64,000 nucleotides of DNA from an uncultured cyanobacterium (GTDB lineage: Bacteria > Cyanobacteriota > Cyanobacteriia > Cyanobacteriales > CAWCAG01): NCBI GenBank assembly GCA_963793425.1, contig CAWCAG010000007.1, positions 960,001 through 1,024,000 of the forward strand, given 5' to 3'. Position 1 is the stretch's first letter, and every line of letters begins with the position of its first letter. The notes under the pieces are model-generated. The model was not told where the DNA came from and did not search any database. It saw only the letters and a program-made list of their open reading frames with translations. Positions 29,770 to 39,311 of the stretch are shown piece after piece. The position numbers and the translations under genes are program-made.

Positions 29770-30435
29770 TTAAGGAGTATGAGATGCTAACTTATCAGCC
29801 CAGCGAGTGGTTTCTGGCAAACGATATTTAGGAGTACAGCGGAGAACATAATCTAGGGCTGTGGAGAGACTGATACGATGTCCAGGGGAAACATACAAAG
29901 GCTTAACCCCATTTCTAGAACGCAAAACCGCCCCAATAATTTCTCCTTTATCCAGCAACGGTTGCCAGCTTCCTTTTTCTATAGCTACAGCTTCATGCTT
30001 ACCAATAAACAGAGATTTAGCTACGCCAATCGTAGGCAGATCGAGTAAAACCCCTAAGTGGCAAGCTAAGCCAAACCTACGAGGATGAGCAATTCCTTGC
30101 CCATCGCATAAAATCAAATCAGGAACTATGGTCAACTTCTCTAATGCTTTGAGGATAACGGGAATTTCTCGGAAGGAAAGGAAACCAGGAATGTAGGGAA
30201 AAGTGGTTGGGATTTTGGCGATCGCCTTCTCTTGTAATTCTAGTTGAGGAAAGCTTAAAACAGCGACAGCCGCTTTGCTAACGGCATAATTATTTTCAAA
30301 CCCCACATCAACCCCCGCCACATATTTCACCTCATTTAAACGATCTTCGGTAATAACTTGGGGCTGCAATTGATTTTGCATTTCCTTGGCATCTTTGGTA
30401 TTTTGAGGCCAAGAAGGGGGATGATTGATTTCCAT
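29770..30435 (-). CDS. nfi: Endonuclease V
   Basis: VAGVDV, FPYIPGFLSFRE, DGQGIAHPRRFGLACH, GVAKS and RLPETTRWAD. Confidence 0.95.
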   Translation of the reverse strand: MEINHPPSWPQNTKDAKEMQNQLQPQVITEDRLNEVKYVAGVDVGFENNYAVSKAAVAVLSFPQLELQEKAIAKIPTTFPYIPGFLSFREIPVILKALEKLTIVPDLILCDGQGIAHPRRFGLACHLGVLLDLPTIGVAKSLFIGKHEAVAIEKGSWQPLLDKGEIIGAVLRSRNGVKPLYVSPGHRISLSTALDYVLRCTPKYRLPETTRWADKLASHTP

Positions 30436-30445
30436 GAAGGGTGTT

Positions 30446-30505
30446 AGGCGGGTTTATGTAGTTTAATGGTTATTCTTCTCAATTGGATTCCAAACCCGCC
30501 CCTAC
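30446..30505 (-). repeat. GTAG-type REP-like hairpin overlapping a stop codon
   Basis: GGCGGGTTT ... AAACCCGCC-CCTAC; the TAG of its GTAG is the stop of ORF 30502..30999. Confidence 0.6.
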
Positions 30506-30999
30506 TGGGCGTTACCGGATAAACTATAATTCCAACGCTGATTAGGATCGCTTGCACCTACCCAAACTTCAAACTTGCCAGCTTTCAAAAAGCTATCATC
30601 TTGAGTATCGTCATCGCTATCTTTAATGATGATACTAGCATCTGGATTAGAACCAGAATCGTCACCACAAAGAACTTTACCACCAGGGCCTTTCAAAATT
30701 AAGGTTGTATCTTTACCTCTACTGTTAACCTTCAACTCCAAGCGAGAAAAGTCTTCTTCTAAAACCACAATATGGTCAGGCTGTTGCGTTGCCCAACCCA
30801 GACAGTCATTGCCTCTAATATCTTTTTTGGCAATTACCGTCAAGTCGTAGGCCCCTTGAGTATTACCAGAGACTACTGGGTTTGCGGTTTCAGGATTACT
30901 GCTTAAAGTTAGTTGAGCAAAGTTGGCCTCAGCTAAAACAGGCGCTGTACTCAAAGCCGCGAAAATACTAATTAAGATGCTAGCTTTTAAATTTGGCAT
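30502..30999 (-). CDS. Exported hypothetical protein (PPC-like beta-sandwich)
   Basis: Signal peptide; PDHIVVL, DTTLILKGP, CGDD and GKFEVWVG. Confidence 0.75.
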   Translation of the reverse strand: MPNLKASILISIFAALSTAPVLAEANFAQLTLSSNPETANPVVSGNTQGAYDLTVIAKKDIRGNDCLGWATQQPDHIVVLEEDFSRLELKVNSRGKDTTLILKGPGGKVLCGDDSGSNPDASIIIKDSDDDTQDDSFLKAGKFEVWVGASDPNQRWNYSLSGNAQ

Positions 31000-31206
31000 G
31001 GCTGTTCCCCTTCGATAATCAAGTATTATTATTAGTACTTATACATAACCTTGTAGACTAATTTCGTAATCCTTGAGGAAGATATAGGACAGTACTTTTG
31101 CTGACACAAGGGGAGACGGAGTGACTGGGTGACTCGGAGACTCAGATATTCTTACAAGTGTATGTTCTCAAAAAAATGCTCCCCATCTCCCCATCTTCTT
31201 ATACTT

Positions 31207-31374
31207 ATGCAACTAATTTTTCTCCTTGCTTTCCTCTTAATCTGTAACTTTTTCTTTTCAGAAACTTTAGTTTTATTTCCTATTCATCTTCTCCTCAATA
31301 CTTTTACTGGTCTAATTTGGTACGGTGTCGCCATAGTAGCCGTAGCAATTATCGCTTGGTGTTTCGGAGAATAA
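31207..31374 (+). CDS. Small membrane protein (55 aa)
   Basis: MQLIFLLAFLL...IIAWCFGE, two hydrophobic segments. ATG 31207 is preferred. Confidence 0.55.
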   Translation: MQLIFLLAFLLICNFFFSETLVLFPIHLLLNTFTGLIWYGVAIVAVAIIAWCFGE

Positions 31375-31457
31375 GACCCATTCCTCACCTCCTATCACTC
31401 AAAAAGCAAACCAAGAGTTAAAGTTAAGTATGGGAGTATACATTTAGGAGAAAGTTA

Positions 31458-31841
31458 GTGAATCAAGACCAAGTTCCTAAACTACTACAGTTAAACCCTT
31501 CCGGTCTTGGCTGTTGGTTAACCCTGATCTTAAGCTTTTTGTTATTAGGTTCGGTGGGTTTTGGCTGGTTAGCTAAGGGGTTGCTGATCATTGTGGGTTT
31601 AATCTTAATCACCCCGGCGATCGCCTTATTTGGTTTTCGTTGGTGGTTGCAACGTAGCTTAGTACAAAGCCAATGCCCCGTATGCAATCATGAATTTTCT
31701 GCTTTGAAAACCACTTCCCTCCAATGTCCTAGTTGTGGAGAAGCATTGCAAGTAGATCAGGGCAACTTTACTCGCTTAACCCCCCCTGGGACTATTGATG
31801 TGGAAGCCGTGGAAGTACCTGCCCAATCTGTAGAGGAATGA
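31458..31841 (+). CDS. Membrane protein with zinc ribbon
   Basis: Two TM helices, CPVC...CPSC, and a PGTIDVEAVEV tail. Confidence 0.8.
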   Translation: MNQDQVPKLLQLNPSGLGCWLTLILSFLLLGSVGFGWLAKGLLIIVGLILITPAIALFGFRWWLQRSLVQSQCPVCNHEFSALKTTSLQCPSCGEALQVDQGNFTRLTPPGTIDVEAVEVPAQSVEE

Positions 31842-32887
31842 AGAAAATATTGAGTCTCAAACGCCGCCAATTTCTCAAACTTAGTTCCATGGCAGTGGGT
31901 AGTAGTATTTTAGCTGCTTGTAATCGCCAAAGTCCTTCGGAAGTAGAAAGGGCAGGAAACACCGAAAAACTAGATAAAATTGAATTTATCCTGGGTTGGA
32001 AGGCTGAGGCGGAATATGGAGGCTTTTTCCAAGCTGTGGCTACAGGTATTTATGAAGATTATGGTTTAGATGTTAACATCCAAGCCACTGCCCCCCAGAC
32101 TAATACGACTCAGCTTTTGGTCGGTGGATTGGCTGATTTTATGATGGGACATTCTGTTAATGCTTTAAAATCTATCCAACAAGGTATTCCCACTGTTACC
32201 GTAGCGGCAATTTTTCAACAAGAATTACAGGTACTCCTTGCCCATCCTGATACAGGAGTAGAATCTCTTAAGGATCTTCGGGGTAAACCAATTTATCTGA
32301 CTCCAGGGGCTAATACTACCTACTGGCCAGTGTTAAAGGAGAAATACGGCTTTGATGACAGTCAACAGCGTCCTTATAACTTTAATGTTAGTCCTTTTTT
32401 ATTAGATAAAAATGCTGCCCAACAAGGAATCTTAACTTCGGAACCCTACACTATCGAAAAAGAAGGGGGCTTTAAACCAGTTATTTTACCCTTATCAGAA
32501 GCCGGTTATAATCCCTATGCTTTTACTATTGAAACAACTCAAAAATTAGTCACCAAAAACCCCGATTTAGTGCAGCGTTTCGTGACAGCTTCTATTCAAG
32601 GTTGGTATAGCTATTTAGAAGATCCGACACCGGGCAATGAGTTAATTAAGCAAGCCAATCCAGAAATGTCCGATGATCTTCTTGCTTACGGAGTTACCAA
32701 GCTTAAAGAATATGGAATTTCCACCTCTGGGGATGCGGTTAAGCTGGGTATAGGTGCAATGAGTGACGGGCGTTGGCAAAGTTTGTTTGAGGAGTTGGTG
32801 GCTGTTGGTGTTTTGGATGACAAGACAAACTATCAGGATGCTTATACCCTAGATTTTGTGAATCAGGGAGTAGAGTTTTTTTCGTAG
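31838..32887 (+). CDS. NMT1/THI5-like ABC substrate-binding lipoprotein
   Basis: Tat-lipoprotein signal (KRRQFLK...LAAC); WKAEAEYGGF and VQRFVTASIQGW. Confidence 0.85.
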   Translation: MKKILSLKRRQFLKLSSMAVGSSILAACNRQSPSEVERAGNTEKLDKIEFILGWKAEAEYGGFFQAVATGIYEDYGLDVNIQATAPQTNTTQLLVGGLADFMMGHSVNALKSIQQGIPTVTVAAIFQQELQVLLAHPDTGVESLKDLRGKPIYLTPGANTTYWPVLKEKYGFDDSQQRPYNFNVSPFLLDKNAAQQGILTSEPYTIEKEGGFKPVILPLSEAGYNPYAFTIETTQKLVTKNPDLVQRFVTASIQGWYSYLEDPTPGNELIKQANPEMSDDLLAYGVTKLKEYGISTSGDAVKLGIGAMSDGRWQSLFEELVAVGVLDDKTNYQDAYTLDFVNQGVEFFS

Positions 32888-32892
32888 TTTTC

Positions 32893-33053
32893 GTAGGGTG
32901 TGTTAGTGCTGGCAACAATTTCGGATCAAGCAGTCAAATTTAATTCAGCACGTAACGCACCGCAAATTAATTCAAGTAGGAATTGGCGCGTTACGGCGGA
33001 TAAAGGCTTTTTGATTTAGGCACATTTATGGTATCCGCCTAACAACACCCTAC
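32893..33053 (+). repeat. REPIN-like unit 1 (two inverted GTAG-REPs)
   Basis: GTAGGGTGTGTTAG-TGCTG...CAGCA-CGTAACGCACC...GGCGCGTTACG-GCGGATA...TATCCGC-CTAACAACACCCTAC. Confidence 0.88.
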
Positions 33054-33059
33054 CGTCAA

Positions 33060-33611
33060 TTATTCACTCGCAACATTTGACAACATCATTTTACTTTCAT
33101 CTAAACCCCAGTTAGGTGGATAAATTGCTTGGCTAATAAACCGATGAATTGTAGAAAACTGCCAATCTTGCGCTGACTTACATAGACCATGCTTAACTGG
33201 GTTGTAATGGATATAATTACAGTGCAAGGCAAAATCTTGCTCATCTCGAATCAAATGTTCCCAGAAACGGCGTTGCCAGAGGTTGCTTTCTTGCCTTTTA
33301 CGACGAGAAAGAGAAATACTTCCCTCAACAGTAATAGCTTCTTTGTAATGCTTGGTAACATAAGTTTTGATTAATCGCAGTCGCCCAAAAAAGTCATGAT
33401 CGTGGGGAGGCAAGGTTAAAAGACAATGGAAATGATCCGGTAGCAAGATAAAAGCATCAAGGGAAAACGGATGCTTTGCTTTAACCTGCAAAATTCCTTC
33501 TCGAAGAGCTTTCCTACCTACATCTTTACATAGCCAGGGATTTCTTTGATGGGTAACTTGAGTAATAAAGTAAGTTCTTCCCGGTGTTTTGAGTCTTCTG
33601 TAGTTTGGCAT
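33060..33611 (-). CDS. REP-associated tyrosine transposase (RAYT, Y1 HUH family)
   Basis: MPNYRR...TYFITQVT start, LPDHFH (HUH), WQRRFWEHLIRD and YIHYNPVKHG. True start at 33611 (183 aa). Confidence 0.93.
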   Translation of the reverse strand: MPNYRRLKTPGRTYFITQVTHQRNPWLCKDVGRKALREGILQVKAKHPFSLDAFILLPDHFHCLLTLPPHDHDFFGRLRLIKTYVTKHYKEAITVEGSISLSRRKRQESNLWQRRFWEHLIRDEQDFALHCNYIHYNPVKHGLCKSAQDWQFSTIHRFISQAIYPPNWGLDESKMMLSNVASE

Positions 33612-33681
33612 TAGCTTAGAGAATTGATGCACTACTCCATCTCCGCCTGATCGTAGCATCATCGCCGCGATCGCAGAAATC

Positions 33682-33783
33682 GTAGGGTGTGTTAGTGCTG
33701 CCAACAATCTTGGGTAAATGAGTAAAATTTAATTCAGCACGTAACGCACCGCAAATTAATTTAAGCAGGAATTGGCGCGTTAC
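33682..33783 (+). repeat. REPIN-like unit 2 (3'-truncated)
   Basis: Same sequence as unit 1 up to GGCGCGTTAC. Confidence 0.88.
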
Positions 33784-33798
33784 CGTCTCCGTATTATT

Positions 33799-33960
33799 GT
33801 AGGGTGTGTTAGCGCTGGCAACAATCCTGGGTAAATGAGTAAAATTTAATTCAGCACGTAACGCACCACAAATTGATTCAAGTAGGAATTTGGTGCGTTA
33901 CGGCGGATAAAGTATTTTTATATTTAAGCACATTTAGATAGCCCGCCTAACACACCCTAC
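33799..33960 (+). repeat. REPIN-like unit 3 (complete)
   Basis: GTAGGGTGTGTTAG ... CTAACACACCCTAC, perfect 14-bp terminal inverted repeat. Confidence 0.9.
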
Positions 33961-34007
33961 CTCGGTGTTGTCAACTATAATGAGTTGAGATTTTAAATTA
34001 CTTAACC

Positions 34008-36179
34008 ATGAAAGCCAAGGAAGTTGTTGCTAAATATGCTGAGGGAGAGAGGGATTTTCGTCGGGTTGATTTGCGGGGACAATCTTTTAAAGGAGAAAAC
34101 CTCGCAGGGGCAGATTTCCGGGGGGCAGATATTCGTGGGACTAATTTTACTGGAGCAAATCTGACTGGGGTTAATTTTCAGGAAGCTAAGGCTGGTTTGC
34201 AAAGGCGTTGGATGGTTGTGCAATTGCTGTTTTCTTTAGTTTTAGCAGCTATTTCTGGCTTTTGCTCAATATTGGCAGGAGCAATGGTTACTTTCATCTT
34301 CGACAGTAGTGATTTAGAAAATCAAATAGCAGGGTGGTTAGACTTTAACAATACTAGTTATTTTTTCAATCATTACTCCTGCGTCAAGGAACTAATGTTG
34401 CTTTAGTGCAGGCGCATGTCGTAGGTGCAGTTGCGGTCGCAGGCATATTTGCATGGTAGTCATTGCGACATTCGACGGTTGCAAATGCAGGCTTAGTTGA
34501 AGTTACAGGTTTATTCGCAGACGCAGTTGCAGTCACACTTGCCATGGTAGTAGCACTTGCAGTCGAATTTACAGGCGCACTCGCAGTTGCAGCTCGCAGT
34601 TACAGTCGTAGGCGACAGTCGTAGGTGCAGTTGCTACTCGCAAGTTGCACTCGTATTTACAGGCGCAGTTGCACTTGTGATCGTACGTGCGCACTCGCAC
34701 TCGTAGTCTACAGGCGTACTCAGTAACCACACGTCGCAGTCGCAGTCACAGGCGCATTAATTATCCTTAGTGCTTACATTGGCTGGCAAACTATCAAAGG
34801 CAACGAAAAATACACCTTAATCAAAACCATAGCTGTTGCCCTAGCTGCCACCGGAGGAACTAGCTTTCGCCAAGCCAACTTAACCGAAGCAGAATTTCAC
34901 AAAGCAACCCTGAAAAACACAGACTTTCGCAAAGCAACCTTAACCCGTACCTACTTGGAAAGATAGCCTTAAACTAGACTTCGCCAGACTAGGCAACACC
35001 TACCTCAGCCATAAAGCAATCAGAGAATTAATCTTCACCAACAACGGCTATAAAAAATCCTACCAAGGTTTGAACCTCCGAGGAATTAACCTCGCCGGAG
35101 TTAACCTCGAAGCCGCAAACCTCAAACAAGCAGACTTAGCAGAAGCCAACCTCCGCCAAGCTAATTTAAAAGATGCCAACTTAACAGAAATAAACGCCGT
35201 TGCCACAGATTTCACCAACGCTACCTTAACCGGGGCTTGTTTAGAAGCTTGGAACATTGACCATACCACCAAATTAAAAGATATCGATTGCCAGTATATT
35301 TATCTCTTGGAAAAGCCCAATAATAGAGGAAATAGGGAACGTCGCCCCCATAATTCCGATGCAGTTTTTCAACCAGGAGACTTTAGCCAACTGTTTCAAG
35401 AAGTCCTCAACGTCGTACAACTACTAATCCGCGATGGTTTGAACCCCGAAGCTTTCCAACAGGCTTTCCAAAAAATTATGCAACAACATCCCGGCATTAC
35501 TCCAGACTCGATTCAAGAAATCAAAAAGAAAGGAAAGGATGTTGTTGTTACTTTAGAAGTCCCGGAAGAAACCGACAAAGGAGTTTTAGAAAAAGATTTT
35601 CATGAAGTTTACCAATTGCGGTTAGAAGTTGCTACAAAAGATGTCTTACTACAAGAAATGAGGGATGATAAAAAACAACTATTCGGACTATTAAGTGATA
35701 AAAACAAACAGCCAATCATTAACAATATTACCAATACAGCAAAGAGTAACGCTATGAACGAAAATAACCAAGATAGCCGTCAATTAAACATCGGCGATGT
35801 AGCCGGAGACTTTAAACCCATGGGTTCCGCCCTTAACGCAGGAGATGTTACTATTAGCGGTACAGTAGCCGAAACTATCAACCAACTGCCTCCTTCTCCG
35901 GATGCAGAAAAACCCGGTATTAAAGAACTTCTCAGCCAATTAGCAATAGCTATTGAAGCAGAAAATAACCTCAATGAAGAAGAAAAACAAGAAGCCCTTG
36001 AAGAGATACAAAACCTAGCCAAAGCAGGGCAAAATCCTCAAGCAGGGAATAAGAAAAAGCTGGCGAAGAAAGCGATGACGATGTTGAAAGGTATTGCTGC
36101 TGGTGTCCCGGCTGCTGCGGGTTTAGCTAAGGCAGTTAAGGAGTTGTTACCGATGATTGGTAGTATTTTTGGCTTTTAA
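34008..36179 (+). pseudogene. Pentapeptide-repeat membrane protein, frame disrupted between ~34340 and ~34956 (pseudogene or consensus artefact)
   Basis: N-terminal pentapeptides (34008..), TM helices and an Ala/Val/Gly tract. An unannotated in-family segment follows (LSAYIGWQTIKGNEKY...GGTSFRQANLTEAEF), then ORF 35070..36179 (LTGACLEAWNID, RERRP). Confidence 0.85.
34408..34756 (+). repeat. Degenerate hexamer tandem tract (GCAGTC/GCAGTT/GCAGGC/GCACTC variants)
   Basis: 6-nt periodicity encoding AV/AG/AL dipeptides, broken by many single-base insertions. Confidence 0.85.
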
Positions 36180-36352
36180 TAATAATCATAGGGAAAGGGG
36201 AACAGTAAAAGTAATAAGTAATAAGTAATAAGTCAGGACTTACGCACTCAAGCTCTGTAAACCCCTGTTCCCTGTAGCCTAACGGCAAAGCTGTTCCTCA
36301 TGAATTTGAGAACCGCTATATTGACTAATATTAATTAATCAATTATTGAAAA

Positions 36353-38743
36353 ATGGCCAACACATCCGGTAAGCGTACTGTCCTTAATACTAATCCTTAT
36401 ATCCTTCTTGATAACCAAGGGCCGACTCTGCCTCCGATGGAATTAACCGCAGCACAACATATATTGGGGAGAGATGCTAGTCGTGCGGATTTGGTTGCCC
36501 CAGAAAGTTGGCTGGTTATTTCTGGTTGCCATGCTTTGTTACGCAAAAAGGGAGAAGATTATTATATTTTTGATGGAGACGGGGAAACTCCTAGTACCAA
36601 CGGTTTGTTTATTAACCACACTCGCATCACTACTACTGATGGTTATCGCCTCGAAAATGGTACGCAAATTCAAATTGGTCAAGACCCCAAAAACTGGATA
36701 TTCTTACATTTTTACGATCCGAATAGTCCTAAAGCAGCTAACCCGCCCAACCAAAGTTCCCTTGCTTTAAAGAGTCGTTCCGTGGTTTTGGGCAGAGATC
36801 CTGATGCTAACTTACAGTTGGATGCACCCACGGTTTCTCGCCGTCATGCTGTTGTTGATGGTAATGGCCGAGGGCGTTATCTTATCAAAGACTATAGTAC
36901 TAACGGAGTTTTTGTCAACGGGCAAAAAGTGAAGGGTTCAGCACAACTTTCTCCCGGCGCAACTATCCGTATTGGCCCCTATAGTTTGGTGCTGAAAGAA
37001 GATGAGTTATTGCTTACGGATAAAGGGGATCGCATTCGCTTAGATGCCTATCATGTGATACGAGAAGTTAGGGATAAACAAGGACAAGTACGCCAGCTTT
37101 TGGCTAATATTTCCCTTCCTATTGAACCAGGACAGTTTGTGGCGTTAGTAGGGGGTAGTGGGGCAGGAAAATCTACTTTGATGCGGACTCTTTTGGGAGT
37201 TGACCCCACCACTAAAGGCAGAGTTTACCTAAATGGGGAAGATTTGCGAGATAACTTTAATATTTATCGCAGTCAAATTGGTTATGTTCCCCAAGATGAT
37301 ATTGTCCACCGTCAACTTAAGGTAGAAGAAGTTCTTAGCTATGCGGCGCAATTACGTCTGCCTCCTGATACTGATGTGCAAGAAGTTGTGGAGAAGACTT
37401 TGCAGCAAATTGAAATGTCCCATCGCCGGGATGTTTTGGTGAGTCAGTTAAGTGGAGGGCAAAGGAAGCGAGTTAGTATTGGGGTGGAACTTCTTGCCGA
37501 TCCGAAACTCTTTTTCTTAGATGAACCTACCTCTGGTTTAGATCCGGGGTTGGATAAAAAGATGATGCAATTGTTACGCAAGCTTGCGGATCAAGGCAGA
37601 ACAATTATCCTCGTCACCCATGCTACTACGAATATAACTTTATGCGATCGCCTTGTCTTTTTGGGTCAAGGAGGAAAACTTTGTTATTATGGCCCTCCCC
37701 AGGAAGCAACTAAGTTTTTTAGTGTTGATAGTGATGATTTTGCTGAGATTTATAACCGCTTAGAAAATCCTCAAAATGTGATTAAGGAAGCTAGTAAGTT
37801 TCGTCGTTCCAACTATCACCAAAACTATATTTCTAAACGCCTTACTAAAGAAAGTCAGGTGACAAAAGGAAGTCCACCGAAAAAAGCTCGTTCTTCTAGC
37901 TTAAAGCAATTAATTTTGTTAACGAAACGCTATTTTAAATTAATCAGCCGCGATCGCATTAATTTAGGTTTAGCTTTATTAACTGCACCTATCGGTATTA
38001 GTTTAATTACCTTAGCAATTCAAGATAAAAACCCTTTAGTTTTAGGTACAGAAGATGACCCCAGCCTCGCACCTTTAGCACTGCGTGTTCTCTTCGTTTT
38101 CACCTGTGCAGCCATGTGGGTAGGATTATCCACTTCTTTACAAGAAGTTGTTAAAGAAGCAGCTATTTATGCCAGAGAAAGATTAGTTAACTTGGCTTTA
38201 TTAGCCTATTTTGGTTCTAAAACTTTAATTTTGGGGGGAGTGGCTGCCCTACAAACTTTATTAATAACCATAGTTATTCTGATTGGTTTCCAGTCACCAG
38301 ATCCAGAATTTATTGCTTGGCCACTTGGTTTAGCTATCACCACTTTCTTAACTCTATTTACCTGTATTAGTTTAGGGTTAATGGTTTCTACTACGGTAAA
38401 AAACAGTTCTCAAGCTAACAATGCCCTGCCCCTACTTTTGTTACCGCAAATCATCTTCTCTGGGGTACTTTTCAAGATGACAGGTATTGGTAGTAAAATA
38501 TCTTGGTTAATGCTAAGTCGTTGGTCTGTGGGGGCTTACGGAAGTTTAGTTGACGTTAATGCTATGGTTCCCGAAGCGACAAAACTTCCTGATGGTAGCT
38601 TTATTACACCCCCTTTTGAACCGACGACAGTTTATGATCCAAGTTGGGAAAATCTCGCTTTAAATTGGTTTATTCTGATCTTACACGCAGGTTTTTATTT
38701 AACAGTTGCTTGGTGGGTACAAAAAAATAAGGATGTTTTTTAA
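36353..38743 (+). CDS. FHA-FHA-ABC transporter ATPase/permease fusion
   Basis: Two FHA domains (LGRD, STNG); GGSGAGKST, LSGGQ and FLDEPTSGLD; ABC-2 membrane domain. Confidence 0.93.
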   Translation: MANTSGKRTVLNTNPYILLDNQGPTLPPMELTAAQHILGRDASRADLVAPESWLVISGCHALLRKKGEDYYIFDGDGETPSTNGLFINHTRITTTDGYRLENGTQIQIGQDPKNWIFLHFYDPNSPKAANPPNQSSLALKSRSVVLGRDPDANLQLDAPTVSRRHAVVDGNGRGRYLIKDYSTNGVFVNGQKVKGSAQLSPGATIRIGPYSLVLKEDELLLTDKGDRIRLDAYHVIREVRDKQGQVRQLLANISLPIEPGQFVALVGGSGAGKSTLMRTLLGVDPTTKGRVYLNGEDLRDNFNIYRSQIGYVPQDDIVHRQLKVEEVLSYAAQLRLPPDTDVQEVVEKTLQQIEMSHRRDVLVSQLSGGQRKRVSIGVELLADPKLFFLDEPTSGLDPGLDKKMMQLLRKLADQGRTIILVTHATTNITLCDRLVFLGQGGKLCYYGPPQEATKFFSVDSDDFAEIYNRLENPQNVIKEASKFRRSNYHQNYISKRLTKESQVTKGSPPKKARSSSLKQLILLTKRYFKLISRDRINLGLALLTAPIGISLITLAIQDKNPLVLGTEDDPSLAPLALRVLFVFTCAAMWVGLSTSLQEVVKEAAIYARERLVNLALLAYFGSKTLILGGVAALQTLLITIVILIGFQSPDPEFIAWPLGLAITTFLTLFTCISLGLMVSTTVKNSSQANNALPLLLLPQIIFSGVLFKMTGIGSKISWLMLSRWSVGAYGSLVDVNAMVPEATKLPDGSFITPPFEPTTVYDPSWENLALNWFILILHAGFYLTVAWWVQKNKDVF

Positions 38744-38881
38744 TACAGCAGCGTGAAGTACAGCCTGGATTCTGGCTTTTGCTAATAGCTAGTGGCTAAT
38801 AGAAGCGTGGAAATAGGGAAATGTACCCAATGTATCTCAGCAGCTTGATAATTGCTATAGTAGAAAGGTTCTCAACAGCAA

Positions 38882-39241
38882 TCATTTAATAATTTTCCTA
38901 ACCACAAGCCCAATTAAGAGTGCTAATAGCCCATAGGTTCCAAATAAAATTAGCAGAGATAGACTCATAACTGGAATAGCGAAAACAGGATTGGTAAACT
39001 CTTGATCAGAATCTAAGATATTTTTATATTCAATTACTTCATCTAGACAAGCTTCTTGAGAACACTTTTCTAAAGAAATTGCCTCAGACCGTTTAAGGCG
39101 GCTTGCCACATCTTGCGACATAAAATATCCTGCTGCACAACCCAAAAGTATTAGTAAGATGATTTTAGAAATTACTGCACTACTAGTAGTTTGTTCAAGT
39201 TTGAGAGTGGTTCCTCTTCCGGAACCATCATCTTGTTCCAT
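38882..39241 (-). CDS. Hypothetical two-TM protein
   Basis: 119-aa ORF with two hydrophobic helices. Confidence 0.55.
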   Translation of the reverse strand: MEQDDGSGRGTTLKLEQTTSSAVISKIILLILLGCAAGYFMSQDVASRLKRSEAISLEKCSQEACLDEVIEYKNILDSDQEFTNPVFAIPVMSLSLLILFGTYGLLALLIGLVVRKIIK

Positions 39242-39311
39242 ATACTTATATCCCTAATTAAAGTTATAGAAAAGTGTCTTTCATTTTAACAGTAGAGACA
39301 AAACAAAATCA

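Noticed and set aside
33060..33611. IS200/IS605 insertion sequence
   Set aside because: No tnpB; the RAYT-type motifs and multiple GTAG-REPs fit a RAYT better.
33612..33707. N-terminal extension of RAYT in the ORF track (MLAALTHP...)
   Set aside because: It is read-through of REPIN 2; the family start MPNYRR is at 33611.
32893..33960. CRISPR array
   Set aside because: The units are ~160 bp, the intervening loops are homologous between copies, and there are no cas genes; it fits REPINs.
34408..34756. Diversity-generating retroelement variable region
   Set aside because: No reverse transcriptase, Avd or template repeat in the window; the variation is not adenine-specific and the target is not a C-terminal lectin-like domain. 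A trans-acting element cannot be excluded from this window alone.
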